Source: Candidatus Latescibacterota bacterium
Lineage (GTDB): Bacteria > Latescibacterota > UBA2968 > GCA-2709665
NCBI GenBank assembly: GCA_965205485.1
Contig: OZ242180.1
Span: forward strand, 1,312,001 to 1,376,000
Length of the DNA stretch: 64,000 nt
Reading direction: 5' to 3'
A program made the translations under genes and the position numbers. Below the pieces are notes generated by a model. It saw nothing but the letters and a program-made list of their open reading frames with translations, was not told the DNA's origin and made no database searches. How positions within the stretch are numbered: position 1 is the first letter of the stretch; every line of letters starts with the position of its first letter. Below are positions 16,931 through 30,300 of this stretch, piece after piece.

Positions 16931-19889
16931 TCAGAACCGCATGCTGACCTGGCTGAAGACGAGGCGGCCCACTTCCGGTGCGCCGATGAATGAACGGTAG
17001 CGCGTATTGAGAAGATTGCTCGCATCCAGGTGCAGGTCCACCTCCCGCTCGACGGGCAACCGGTATTTTACCGACATGTCGACAACCGTATAGGCATCAA
17101 CGTCGCCCACGTACACTCCCGATTGCATGGGAAAGGAATCGGTGAATCGCAGCGCGCTGCCGACCGACAGGCCCAACCCGGAAAAGTCGTACGACGCCCC
17201 CAGCTTGAATTTGTGCCGGGGCGAATTCAGTGTGATATCGCCAACGCCCGGGACGTGCGTGTATTTCAGGTTCTTGAAGAAGTTCTTGCTCACGTAGGAA
17301 TAGTTGCCGGTCAGTCTCCATCTGCGCCGTTGGATACCAGGCCAGGCCCAGGTCCAGCCCGCGGATGGTGACATCTTCATAATTGCGGTAGGTCAACACC
17401 ATCGCGTAGGGATCGGTCGCCTGTTCCGGTGACACCGTTCCGTATGGAATCGCCGCGGCACCGGCCACGAAGATGGCGGTCAGTTCATCCACCGGAGAAC
17501 CGTTCCGATTGCCCTCCAGGAGCCCCGGCACCTGCACATTGTCAACCAGCTGGAGACCGGCGGCGAGCACGGCGTTGGCCGGATCGGACAGCGTCTGTTC
17601 GAATCCGCGACTCAGAGCCTCGGCGAGACTCTCCGGTTCGAGAAACACGTTGGGGGTTTCCACCGAAACCGAACCCACGTAGTTTTCGATCCTGGACTGA
17701 TAAAGGTCCGCGGCCACAATGAGTTTGTCCGCAATGACGCCCTTGTAGCCGATCTCGAACGTCCTGGTAATCGCGGACTGGATGCGGGGAACGTCGTAGG
17801 CCGTCACGGGCGTTGCGCCGTCAGACTCCAAAAAGAAAAACGGCTGCTGGATATCTTGCGGATCTTCGCCCAGCGGCGGCGTTGCAATGTTCAGCCGGCC
17901 CATGACATTGCGAAGCCCCGTCAATCGCTCGGGAACGACTCCGGGAAAGGCTTCTGCCAGTCCGTTCGCGACAGCCCGGGCTTCTTCGGCGCCCATGCCC
18001 TGTTGGATCAGGATGTCGACGGCCATTTCCTTTACGGTCGGCAACAGCTGCTCGAGCACCACCTCCCTGCCGATGCCCCACATCACGTTGGTAAAATCCG
18101 GGTCGTCCAGTCGCAGATACTGATCGGCCGGCAGGCCGGCCATGGCGGCAAACGGCGAGCGGAAGAGGGGCCGTCCGCCTTCCCGCCGGAATGTGAAGCC
18201 GAAGTCGTTGTCCTGGTAGTTGCCCTGGGTCCAGAGATCGATCGGGTCGAACGTCAGACCGCGCGCCGTGAACATCGGCGAGAAGATTCCGCTGAACCCG
18301 AAGGGGTCTCTGGTGGCCAGCAGATCGAGATACAGATTGTTCGAGGTGGGCGTGGTGAAAGCACGGTTGTATGTCAAACGCCACGTCTGGGTGGGCTTCG
18401 GCTTCAACACCAGCGCGGCCCGGGGCGAGAACTCGGGGTCCGCGAGGCGGCTGTGGTAGTCGTAACGCAGGGCAAGCACGAGGTCAACCATTTTGGAAAG
18501 GGAAGTTTCACTCTGCAAGTAGACCCCGAACTCGTTCAGGTCATCGTCATCCTCATTCCTGCCCATGACGGTTTCTTCGGTATCCGGCCGCGTAAACAGT
18601 GCATCCAGGCCGTACGTAAACCGCTGGCGTATACCCAGTTTCGACACGTGCTGCGCCTGGAAGACCGTGAGGGAGGACTTGTCGACCACGGGATCGCCGG
18701 TACGCAGCAGGAAAGTGCCGCCGGAATCGGTCCAGTTGCGGAAGGCCTGGACAAACCAGTCGTCATACAGAACGCGCATCTGAGCGTAGTTGTACTGCCA
18801 GTCTCTCGTCTGGGAGGCCCCCACGCCGGTGAGTCCGACCAGGTCCGCCTTGTTGTGTCCGGCTGAAAAAATGGCCGTGAAATTGTCGGAGGCGCGCCAG
18901 TCCAGACGCGCTTCGAGGCCGAGATTGTTGGTTTCGGGGTTGCGCAGCGGAAGAGACGGCAGGTTCAGACCCGAGGCAATCTGCTCCTCCCGGCGTTCTC
19001 GGGCCCTCACCTCCTCCGGATCGACATATTCCCACTCGGTCCCTGTGTAGTACCGGGCGGAAACCTTGTAGCCCACCCGGTCCCCGACCTTGCCCGCGTG
19101 GCGAATCGAGGCCTGACGCAGGTTGCGCTCTCCGTATCCGAAATGCGCACTCGTGCCCTGCGACGTAAAGGGCGAATGGGTGATGATGTGCATCACACCG
19201 TCCGCGCTGTTGGGTCCGTAGAGCGCAGATCCAGGCCCCAGGACCACCTCGATACGTTCCACGTCGTCGCTTGTAATGGGAATGAAATTCGGGGCGTTAA
19301 CCCGAACGGACGGCACCCTGGCAAGCCGGTTGTCCGTCATCATCAGCAGAGTGCCGGTGAATACGCTGTTGAAGCCGCGAACCACGATGCTGCTGTTCGC
19401 CAGTCCGGTTTTCGCGAAGTCCACCGACGGCAGGTTCTTAACGTGGTCGGCTACGTTCATCGAGGGGTTGCTGCGGATATCGGCGGTTTCGACCACGGAG
19501 ACGGAGGCGGGAGCGTCCAGGATCTTTTCCCTGCGACGGGAGGCGGAGACCACGCTCTTCTCGAGAAATATCACCTGCTCCTTGAGGATCACATCCAGCC
19601 TGGCGGATCGACCTGACAGCACAGCTACGTCTTCTCGAATCTCGGACTTGTACCCGATGAATGTGATCTCCATCCGGTAATTCCCTGCCGGAACGGCAAA
19701 TCGGAACCGGCCCTCGTCGCCTGTCGCGGCGCGGGTTTGCACCCCGACGTCCATCCCCGTAACGACGACATTCGCTCCGGGCAGGGCTTCGCCGCCTTCC
19801 CCTCTTACGGTCCCCTCGATATAGCCATTGGGCTGGGACCAGACCGTCCCGCACCCCACCACCAGCCAGCAAAACAGAAATACACGCAC
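16931..19889 (-). pseudogene. TonB-dependent receptor with one frameshift near 17321-17335
   Basis: Signal peptide, carboxypeptidase-regulatory-like domain, plug (ERIEVVLGPGSALYG). The barrel continues in another frame (WRLTGNYSY...NLLN...VSMRF, terminal Phe). Confidence 0.85.
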
Positions 19890-19905
19890 CGTCTATCTCC
19901 CTTGG

Positions 19906-20051
19906 CAGCCCGTTGAAAAAGCCCATCCGGACTACGGCCGGCCCTTGCGGTCGAAAACCTGCGTTGCGCGCCATCGCCGAATCGCCCGATGGGACCCGGT
20001 TGCGCGCCTTGTCTTCGGCCTCGCCTGAAGAGCGACTTTCTCAACAAACTG
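19906..20051 (-). mobile_element. MITE family 1, copy 2 (146 bp, inverted)
   Basis: CAGCCCGTTGAAAAAG...CTTTCTCAACAAACTG; its reverse complement aligns with the other copies. Confidence 0.82.
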
Positions 20052-20437
20052 TCAGACGATCAGGGCGGGACCCTGAAGACGGCCGATCGGGACAACAATC
20101 GCTTCTGGAATTCGTCGCATTGCCAATGACATACCGACCACCCCGCCCCAGTCTGGCAGTTGTCCGCCGTCCGGCGCCAGCAAGCCGAAATCGGCTCATT
20201 GGAAGAATTCAGGATGCGCCGGTGATCCGGGCGGTCGCCACCTGCCATTGTAAAATCCGCAACTTTTGTTATATATTAAAGTTACAACGGACGCGACGGC
20301 ATTGTCAACTTCAGAACTGACCCGCCGGCGTACAAAGGGCTTGATTGTTCGACAGGGCTCACCCGCCGGTTGAGTCGATGTTCTTCAAATGCCGGGAACA
20401 ACGCAACAGGTTGTGCAACCCGTTGAAGGAGGTCCAT

Positions 20438-21229
20438 ATGCGATCCGGAAAGCTTGTTCTTCCCCTCGTTCTGACCCTGGCATCCTCCGCGTGTAAAGAC
20501 GCGGTCGGACCGGGTTATATCGAGATTATTGAAGTTACCGTGGGTCCGACCCTGGCCAGGTGCTACGGCGTTGGCGAGCAGACATGCATGGTGGTTGACG
20601 GGTCGGTGTTTTACGACGGGATCGATGGCTTCAACTACGAACCCGGCTACACCTACCGTCTGAGGATCGGGAAATACGACCCCTGGAATGGAAACGAACC
20701 GCCTCAGGATGCAGGCCGGTACGCATATCGCCTTCTGGAGCAACTTGAAAAAGCCCGCGCGCCGTCCACTCCGGCGACGTTGCTTGTCGGACCTACACGG
20801 GTTACGTGCTCAGACTCGGATGACTTCTGCCTGCTGGTTGACGGTGTTCCATACAACGACATCATCACGAATTTCGAATACGAAGCGGGTTTTTACTATA
20901 CCTTGAATGTAAACAAATATGGCGATGGCCGCCATGTGCTGGATGAAATCGTCGCAAAGAACGAGGCGACGGGCACGGACGAAGAAATAATCGCAGTTGG
21001 GCCGGGCCGGGTGCACTGCAACGACAATCGTTCCATCTACTGCAAAGTTGTCAACGGAGCCCCGTTCCCAAGTGAAATCGTCGGCTTCAAGCCGGTGCAT
21101 GGCTTTAGCTACCGATTACGCGTGGTGCGATTCAGCATGTTCCCGAGCGGCGTAACGCCCCCGTCAGACAATATCCCGACTTACGGGTATCGCTGGCTGG
21201 AAACGCTTGAGCGAAATCCGGCCAATTGA
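20438..21229 (+). CDS. Lipoprotein with three tandem DUF4377-like repeats
   Basis: SD GGAGGT, lipobox LASSAC; three VGP...C...C..V.G...I.GF.(Y)..GY.Y.L units. Confidence 0.75.
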   Translation: MRSGKLVLPLVLTLASSACKDAVGPGYIEIIEVTVGPTLARCYGVGEQTCMVVDGSVFYDGIDGFNYEPGYTYRLRIGKYDPWNGNEPPQDAGRYAYRLLEQLEKARAPSTPATLLVGPTRVTCSDSDDFCLLVDGVPYNDIITNFEYEAGFYYTLNVNKYGDGRHVLDEIVAKNEATGTDEEIIAVGPGRVHCNDNRSIYCKVVNGAPFPSEIVGFKPVHGFSYRLRVVRFSMFPSGVTPPSDNIPTYGYRWLETLERNPAN

Positions 21230-21327
21230 TTATCCCGCCGCCTGCGATGCAAATCCCGTTCGGCACATACACGGGTCGGCAGATGACCGGTTCGGATTCG
21301 GCGAAGTCCGCAAAATAGGAGAAGTAC

Positions 21328-24300
21328 ATGATGGAAGCAGATGGGCACATTGAATCCCTGGGGAACCCGGACGACCGGAGCACGAGTTCCGGGTCCGCGC
21401 AGCCGATAGCAATCGTGGGCATGGCGTGTCGATTCCCCGGCGCGGCGGACATCGCTTCGTTCTGGCGATTGCTCGAAGCCGGCGGGAATGCCGTAGGTGA
21501 GGGTGTCCCGGGCTCCGGGGCAGGCCGCTGGGGGCAGATCTTCGCCGAAAACGCAGGGCAGAGTGAGGGTTGCCGTTTCGGCGCGTTCGTCGACGACATC
21601 GACCTCTTCGACGACGCCTTTTTCCGGATTTCGCCTGTGGAAGCTGAGTTTTTGGACCCGCAGCAGCGAATGATGCTGGAGACGAGCTGGGAGGCGCTTG
21701 AGGACGCCGGAATCGATCCGGAGGGGTTGAGAGAGACCCGCACGGGCGTTTACACGGGGATCAGCAACGACGAATACCGGATGCTCGTGGTGGACTCGAT
21801 CAAGCCCGCCGAGGCTGCCGGCTGTCTCTATGCCCTCAGCGGCACGAACCTGAACGGCGCCAGCGGCCGGGTCTCGTTCGTACTGGGGCTCAGGGGTCCG
21901 GCCAAGGCGGTCGACGCCGCGTGCGCGTCGTCCATGGTATCGGTCAATGACGCGGTGGCGGACCTGCAACAGGGCAAAGCCGATCTGGCCATCGCCGGCG
22001 GCGTGCAGGCAATACTGAACGGTCGCATCTACGAATTGCGCGCGGAGGCGATGATGCTGTCACCGGACGGGCAATGCAAGACCTTTGACGCCTCGGCAAA
22101 CGGTTACGTGCGTGGCGAGGGCTGCGGGGTCGTCGTGCTGAAGCGGCTGAGCGAGGCTGAGGCGGACGGGGACCGGATCTGGGCGGTCATCCGGGGCTCG
22201 GCGGTGAACCACGGCGGGGCCAGTACGGGGCTGACGGTGCCGAACACGCCAGCGCTCGAAGAGGTGATCGAAACCGCATTGTCCGAGGGCGGCGTCTCCC
22301 CGCTGGACGTGGATTACCTCGAGGCGCACGGGACGGGAACCACCGTCGGCGATCCTATCGAGATCGATGCCGTGGCGAGTGTCTACGGGCGTGGACGAAA
22401 GACCGACCGGCCGCTCCTCATCGGATCCGTGAAGACCAATATCGGCCACCTGGAGTCTGCCGCCGGCGTAGCCGGTGTGATCAAGACCGCGCTCGTACTG
22501 AACCGGGGCGTGATCCCTAAGCACCTCCATTTCCGGGACCCCAATCCGAGCGTAGACTGGGACCGGCTGCCCCTGCGGGTGACGTCGTCTATGACGGACT
22601 GGCCGCGCCGTTCCGGAAAGACACGCCTCGCCGGGGTGAACTCCTTCGGCATTTCCGGGACCAACGCCCATATCGTAATGGAGGAATACCGCGCGCCGGA
22701 CGCCGCCGCCGGAATACCAGGGACTGCCGGTGCCGCGATGCCCGTAGCGGTCTCACTGCCGGCAGCGGTGGGGGATTTACCTGTCGCTGAACGGAAAATC
22801 CAACCGCGCCGGGTCCGCCTGCTTCCGCTATCGGGAAAATCCGATGGAGCGCTGTGCGATCTTGCCGGGCGTTACCTTTCGCGGCTGGGGGAAGCCGCTG
22901 ACGAAATCTCCTCCGGCGAAAGTGAGATCCTGGCGGACATGGCCTGGACCGCGGGCGTGGGCCGTAGCCACTTCGACCACCGCGCGGGCGTCGTCTTCAA
23001 GGACGTGGAAACGTTGCAGAATCAGCTCAGGGACGTCCAGGAGGGAAACCTGGGCGCCTTCTCGCGGACTCGCGCCCGGGTGGCGTTCGCCTACACGGGA
23101 CAGGGGAGCCAGTGGGCAGGCATGGGACGGGGACTGTACGAGACCGAGCCCGTCGCGAGGGCCGTGATGGACCGCTGCGAGGCGGTGATACTTGAAGAAC
23201 GGGGAGCCTCGCTGCTGGACGTGATGTTCGGAAACGTCGGAAGCGAGGGTGAACTCGGCGACACGGCCTGGGAGCAACCGGCTCTCTACGCGCTGGAATG
23301 CGCGCTGACGGCGCTCTGGTCGAGCGTCGGTATCCGTCCCGACGTCGTTCTGGGACACAGCATCGGGGAACTCGCGGCGTCGCAGGCGGCGGGGGTATTC
23401 AGCCTGGAGGACGGAATGCGGTTCGCCGCGGTACGCGGCGCGTTGATGTCGAAGATGGAACCGGGAAGCATGGCCGCTGTATTTGCGCCCGCCGATCGCG
23501 TCGAGGAAGTCGTGAACGCGACCTCTCAGGATGTGGGTTTGAGCATCTCGGGCTACAACGGTACCCACCAGGTTGTCAGTGGTCCAACGGCGGGCATCGA
23601 GGCGATCTCGAATCAATTCGCCGCGGCAGGCGTGAGGGTCAGGCGGTTGAACACGACCAAGGCGTTCCACAGCGCCCTCGTCGAGCCCATTCTTGACGAA
23701 CTGGAGCGCTTTCTCAGCAACCTGGAGTTCAAGTCTCCCTCACTCGCCGTTGTCAGCAACCTGACGGGTCTGGCTGTTGAACCGGGGCAGACTCAGGGCG
23801 GCGCTTATTGGCGCAGGCACGCCCGGGAGGCGGTGGCGTTTGCCCAGGGTGTGAAGACGCTGGCGGATCAGGGCGTCGACGTGGTGCTGGAGATCGGTCC
23901 GCGCACTGTACTCGCTCCGCTGGCGGCCGCGTCCTGGCCGGAATCGCCGGAAACACCGGCGCCGGTGGTGCTGTCCAGCCTCCGCCCGCCTTCGGACGGG
24001 GCTGAGGAGTCCCGGAATGCCGATGGTTTCGTAGCGGCAGCGGCAGCGGCATACGAGGCGGGACTCCCGGTTGGCTTCGCCGGGCTCTTCGCGGGGGAGA
24101 CACGCCGGCGGATTTCAGTGCCCAGCTATCCGTTTCAGCGCCGGAGACATTGGATCCAGCCTCCGCGTCGACGGGCCGGCGGCGCCGGTCACCCGCTGCT
24201 CGGCGACCGCCACGAATCCGCTCGCGGAGAGGTCACGTTCGAGACGGAAGTGTTTCCATCGGACCCGGCCTGGCTGAACGACCACAAGGTATTCGGCAGG

Positions 24301-27300
24301 ATCGTCGCGCCCGGCGCGCTGTATGGCGCGATGGCCTGCGCCGCGTCCCGCCTCGAGGAAGGCGGCCCCGTGGTTGTGGAAAATTTCCAGTTGCACAATG
24401 CCCTGGTCTTCGAAGAGGACGAAGACGGGACGGGTGACGCCGGCCGGAGGATGCAGGTCATGCTCGAAACCGGCGAACCGGGTTCGCCGCGCGGTGTCCG
24501 GATCTTCAGCAGAGGAGGGGAGGGAAACTGGACCGTCCACGTGGAAGGCGTGCTTGCACTCGGAGCTGCGGGCCCAGAGCCGGGCGGGCGGATCGACCCC
24601 GATAGCCTGAAGACCGAGCTCTCGCCACTGGACGTGGCGGAATACTACCGCCACAGGGCGAGTACCGGCGTCGACCTGGGCCCGTTCTTCCGGACGCTTG
24701 GCAGAGCCTGGTCTCGTCCCGGTGAGGCGCTGGGCGAGGTGTCTCTTCCCGAGGCGCTTTCAGGGCATGGTCTGGATGTCCATCCGCTCGTGCTGGACGG
24801 CTGTTTCCAGGTCGTGGGTGCGGCGCGCAATCTGGCAGGCAGGGAAGGCGGCGCCACGTATCTGCCGTTTGCCTGGGAGCGGCTCTGGCTGGCGGGACCG
24901 CTGCCGGACCGGGTCCTCTGTCACGTGCGGCTCAGCGAAGCATCCAGCGAGGCGGAAGCCGCGCCGGGCGAGCCGCCGGAAGTGCTCAGCGGTGAAATCA
25001 ACATCTACGACCCGAACGGAGCCCCTCTGGGCCGCCTGAGCGGCTATGCCGTTAAACGCGCGACGCCGGAAGCGCTGCTCGCCGCGGTCGAGGGCGTTAA
25101 AGATCTCCTGTACGAGGTCGTCTGGCGCGAACGTGACCTACCGGCCGGAATTACATCCGCGGGCTTTTTCCCGGGTCCGGCGGAAGTCGCGGCCGGCTCA
25201 CAGTCGTTCGCCGGCTATCTGCGGAACGCGGGAGTCGATCCCGATGACCGGGACGCCCTGCTCTCGGACCTGGAAAGGTGGTCCCGGTCCCGCGCGCTCG
25301 CGACCCTGGAGGAACTGGGCTGGCAAAGGCAGGTCGGAGAAACCGTCGACCCGGAGGTTTTGCGGGAAGAATTGGACGTCCTTCCGGAGCACAGGCGCCT
25401 CTTTCGGAGGCTGTTTGAGATGCTCGCCAGGTCGGGGGTCGTGAAGGAAGCGGGCGACGGATTCACCGTCGTCATAGGGCCGGGTGATCCGCTTCCCGAA
25501 GGCCTGCCCGCAGACCTCGAGGCGTATGCCTCGCGCATGGCCGACCGGCACCCCGACGGCCAGATCGAGATCGGCCTGTTCAGGCGTTCCGGCATCGCCC
25601 TGGCGGAGGTGCTTCGCGGTCGTGAAGACCCGCTGACGCTCCTGTTCAGCAGCGGTGAACCGACAGCGGCCGATCTGTATCTGAAGGCGCCGGTCGCGCG
25701 CGCGGCGAACCGGATGCTGGCGGATGCGGTCGAAGCGCTCGTGGCCGCGCTGCCCGAAGGCCGGCGCCTGAGGGTCATCGAGGTCGGCGCAGGTACCGGA
25801 TCGGCGACCGCTTCCGTCCTTCCGGAACTTCCGGATGGACAGTTCGACTACATGTATACGGATATCTCCGCGGGTTTCTTTTCCGAGGCGGAAGCGCGGT
25901 TCGGCGACGGCGGCGGTTGCATCGAGTACCGTCCGCTGGATATCGAAAAGGACCCGGTCGAACAGGGCTTCGACGCCCACGGATACGACCTGCTGATCGC
26001 ATCCAACGTGCTGCACGCAACGCGGTACCTGACCGAGACGCTGGGCCACTGCCGGGACCTTCTCGCGCCGTCAGGGCATCTGATCGCACTCGAAAACCTG
26101 AGTGGGCTGGGATGGATGGATCTGACCTTCGGCCAGTTGGACGGCTGGTGGCGGTTCGCCGACGACTATCGTCCACACCACGCCCTCGCCGGTCCCCCGG
26201 TCTGGCGTTACGCTCTGGGCGGCGCGGGATTCGAAGGCGTGGAGGTCCTGGGGGTGGATGAGTCCGACACGTCACGGACGCTGGACAAGGGTGTCATCGT
26301 TGCGCAGGGTCCGTCGAAAGTGGCCGAGGCGCCCGGCGTCTGGGTTCTGGCCGCGGACCGGGGAGGTTCGGCGGCGAAACTGGCAGCCGAATTGGCCGCG
26401 CGGGACCAGACAGTCGTGCTTGCCGGCAGCGGAACGCAGGACGACAGAGAACCTGTGGGCGACGGTCCGGGCGTATTCAACGCTTCTGTAGAAACCGACC
26501 TGCGTGAGTCCTGGTGCGCGCTTCTGGCAGGTCTGCCGCATGAAGTGCCGCTGCGCGGCGTTGTGCACCTCGCGGGACTGGACGGTCACGGGCCGGAAGC
26601 CACGACACAGGAAATGGCGGAAGACGTAAGAAGGACGGGAGCGAGCGCGCTCGCGCTCGTGCAGGGCATCGCCGACGCCGACGTCGTCCCGGAAAACGGA
26701 GTCTGGTTGATCACCCGGGGCGCCCAGATACTGGAACGCGAGCGCGGCGGAGAACTCGCTGGCGCGGCGCTGTGGGGCTTCGGCAAGGCCATAGCCCGGG
26801 AAGCGGCGCATCTTCAGCCGAGGATGATCGATCTGGACCCGGGCGAGATGGCGCCCGCGCCCGACCTCGCCAACGAACTTCTCTATCCGGATTCCGAAAA
26901 CCACATCGCGTATCGGTCCGACCGCCGCCAGGTGGCGCGCCTGGTCCGGGCAGGCACCGAGGGTGAGCGGCTGTCGCTCCCGGAGGCGTCGGATTGGGTG
27001 CTGGCTCCGGACCCGACCGGCGTGTTCGACCGGCCGCAGGTCCTCCCCCTGCCCGCACGGTCACTCGAGCCGTGGGAGGTTCGCGTTGGGGTGGAAGCGT
27101 CCGGGCTCAACTTCTGGGATGTCTTCCGGTCGCTCGGCTTTATCGAAGAGGGCAATCTCGGCAGGGAAATGTGCGGCCGCATTCTCGAGGTCGGCGCCGA
27201 AGTATCAACCGTCTCGGTGGGCGACCATGTGGTCGGATTGGGTTTCGGCGCGTTCGCGCAGCAGATGGTTACGCACGAGCAACTGGTTGCGCCCGCGCCG

Positions 27301-30300
27301 TCGGGATACTCCGTCTCCGGACTTGCCACGGTGCCAAGCGCGTTCGTGTCCGCGGCATTGTCATTCGAGTTCTCCGGGCTGGAGGCCGGCGAGCGGGTTC
27401 TGATTCACGCTGGGGCGGGCGGCGTCGGGCTGGCTGCCATCCAGCTTGTACAGGCCGCGGGAGCTGAGGTCTTCGCCACCGCGAGCGCGCCCAAACGGGC
27501 GTATCTCCGATCGCTGGGCGTGAATCACATTTTCGACAGCCGCACGACGAACTTCGGCCGTGAAATCCTGGAGGCCACGGACGGCGCGGGTGTGGACGTG
27601 GTGCTGAACAGCCTTACGGGAGAGGGCTTCATCGAAGCGAGTCTGTCCTGCCTCAGGCACGGCGGGCGCTTCGTGGAACTGGCCAGGCGGGACATCCTCA
27701 GCGAGGAGGAGATGGCGGCGGTGCGTCCGGACGTGCCTTACGACATCCTTGAACTGGACGTGATGAAGAAGACCGACCCCGAATGGGTGGGAAGGGTACT
27801 TCGGGACGTGATGGCTCGTCTCTCGTCCGGAGAACTCGAAGCGATCACCCACAGCCGATGGCCCCTCGCCGAGGCCGGCGCAGCCCTGAGCTTCATGCGC
27901 GCCGCACGCCACCTCGGAAAGATCGTCGTAACGACGCCGCCTGTGCAGAACGGCAGGTTGCGGCAGGACCGGACCTATCTCGTTACGGGCGGACTCGGCG
28001 GAATCGGATGCGCTGTCGCCGCCTGGCTGGCGGACCGCGGAGCGGGGGCCATCGTATTGAACGGACGCCGGGCGCCCGATGACGAGGCCGAGGAAGCGAT
28101 TGGCAGGCTGCGGGAGGCCGGTGCTACAGTACAGGTGGAACTCGCGGACGTTACCGACGCCGCCGCGATCGATCAGATGCTGGCGAGGATGGATGCGACG
28201 CTCCCTCCGCTCGGGGGCGTGATCCACAGCGTGGGCGTACTCTCCGACGGCGCGCTGACCAATCAGACCTGGGACCGATTCGAAACGGTGCTCTGGCCGA
28301 AGGTCCTGGGCGCCTGGCACCTGCACCGGGCAACGATAGACCGCGATCTGGATATGTTCGTGTTGTTCTCCAGCCGGGTCGGCGTCATGGGCAATCCGGG
28401 GCAGGCGAACCATGCTTCGGCAAACGCGTTTCTGGATCAGCTCGCCGGTCACCGCCGTGCGCTGGGACTCCCCGGACAGGCCATCGCCTGGGGGGCGTGG
28501 TCGGAAATCGGCGAGGCTGCGGAACAAAGGGAACGCATCGACCGGCAGCGTTCGGCGCTGGGCGGGCGCTGGTTCACCCCGCAGCAGGGTATGCGGGCAT
28601 TCGACCAGCTCGTACGCCAGGACGTTACGAATTCCGTGGTGATGTCGATGGACTGGTCCGTGTTCGAAGAAGCTGTCCAGGACCGGCCGCCTTTTCTCGA
28701 TGATTTGCTCTCCGCGACAAAGGATGACGAGGCCGGCACGGCTGCGTCTTCTGAGAACCTGATGTCCAGTCTGCAGGGAACGCCCGCGGCGCCGGAAGAA
28801 CTGCTCGTGTCGTTCCTGCAGCAGGAGGTGCAGGCAGTACTCAGGCTTCCGGCGGTGCCAGAGCCCTCGGTGGGATTCTTCGATCTGGGTATGGACTCGC
28901 TTATGGCCGTCGAGCTGCGAAACCGCCTGAATCGGGCATTTGCCGACCAGTACGTCGTGCCCAATACCGTGGTATTCGACTACCCGGATATTGCCAGCCT
29001 GGCGAGTCACCTTGCTGAAGAACTTGGCGGGGTCAGCACTGAACCGGCCGTCGAGGAAGAGCCCGAGCCAGAGGTCATGACCGTTGTGCAGCGCGAGAGA
29101 GAGAACGACGGCATTGCGATCGTGGGTATGGCGTGCCGGTTCCCCGGCGCACCGGATATCGATGCGTTCTGGTGTCAACTCGTCGCGGGCAGGGACGCGG
29201 TGACGGACGGACGCGGAGATTCAGGCACATGGGGGGGGCTCACCAAAGAGCTTCCGGCTGAGTACGCCGCGTACCGCCAGGGCGGATTCGTGGATGAGAT
29301 TGACCGGTTTGATTCCAGGTTCTTTCGGATTGCGCCCATTGAAGCGCGCACGATGGATCCGCGGCAACGCATGCTTATGGAGACAAGCTGGCAGGCGCTT
29401 GAAGACGCGGGGATGAATCCGGACTTGCTCCGGGGCAGCCGCACCGGAGTCTATGCGGGCATATCCACCAGCGAATACCGGGACCTGATGACAGGCAGCG
29501 CCTACGGCGTCAGTTACCTGGGCACAGCCGCCAGCATGGCTGTCGGGCGTCTTTCTTTCGCGCTGGGACTGGAGGGACCCACCATCCCGGTGGAACTCAA
29601 CTGCGCGTCGTCACTTGTTGCGGTACACTATGCCGCCGCCGCCCTGTGGAACGAGGAAGTGGATATGGCCCTGGTTGGGGGCTCGCACGCCATTCTTTCG
29701 CCTGCGCTTACAAGAGAAATGGGCGATCTGGGGATGCTGTCGCCAAGCGGGCGGTGCAGGGCCTTCGATGCATCCGCCGACGGTTTCGTGCGAGCGGAGG
29801 GTTGTGGTATGGTCGTTCTGAAACGCTTGAGCGAAGCGGAGGCCGACGGGGACCGCATCTGGGGCGTGATTCGTGGTTCGGCGGTTAACCAGAACGGTGC
29901 CGCCGCCGGACCGACGGTGCCGAACGGCCCCGCACAGGAGCGGGTCATCGAGTCTGCCCTCGCGCGCGGGAATGTCGACCCGTCGGAAGTCGACTATCTC
30001 GAGGCGCACGGGTCCGGATCGGGATTCGGCGATCCGATCGAGGTGCAGGCGGCAGCGGCGGTCTACGGTAGGGAACGTGAAGCCGACCGACCGCTGTTGA
30101 TTGGCTCCGTGAAGACGAACATCGGGCATCTGGAACCGGCCGCGGGGGTCGCAAGCCTCATCAAGACCGTGCTGGCGATGCATCGTGGCGTGATCCCGCG
30201 TAACCTGCACTTCCACGAACCGAATCCAAACCTGGACTGGGGCAGTCTCCCGGTGCGCGTGGTGTCGGCCAACACCGATTGGCCGGCCCTCGCCGATCGA

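Noticed and set aside
27361..29178. 605-aa - strand ORF inside the PKS
   Set aside because: Antisense shadow with no recognisable domain.
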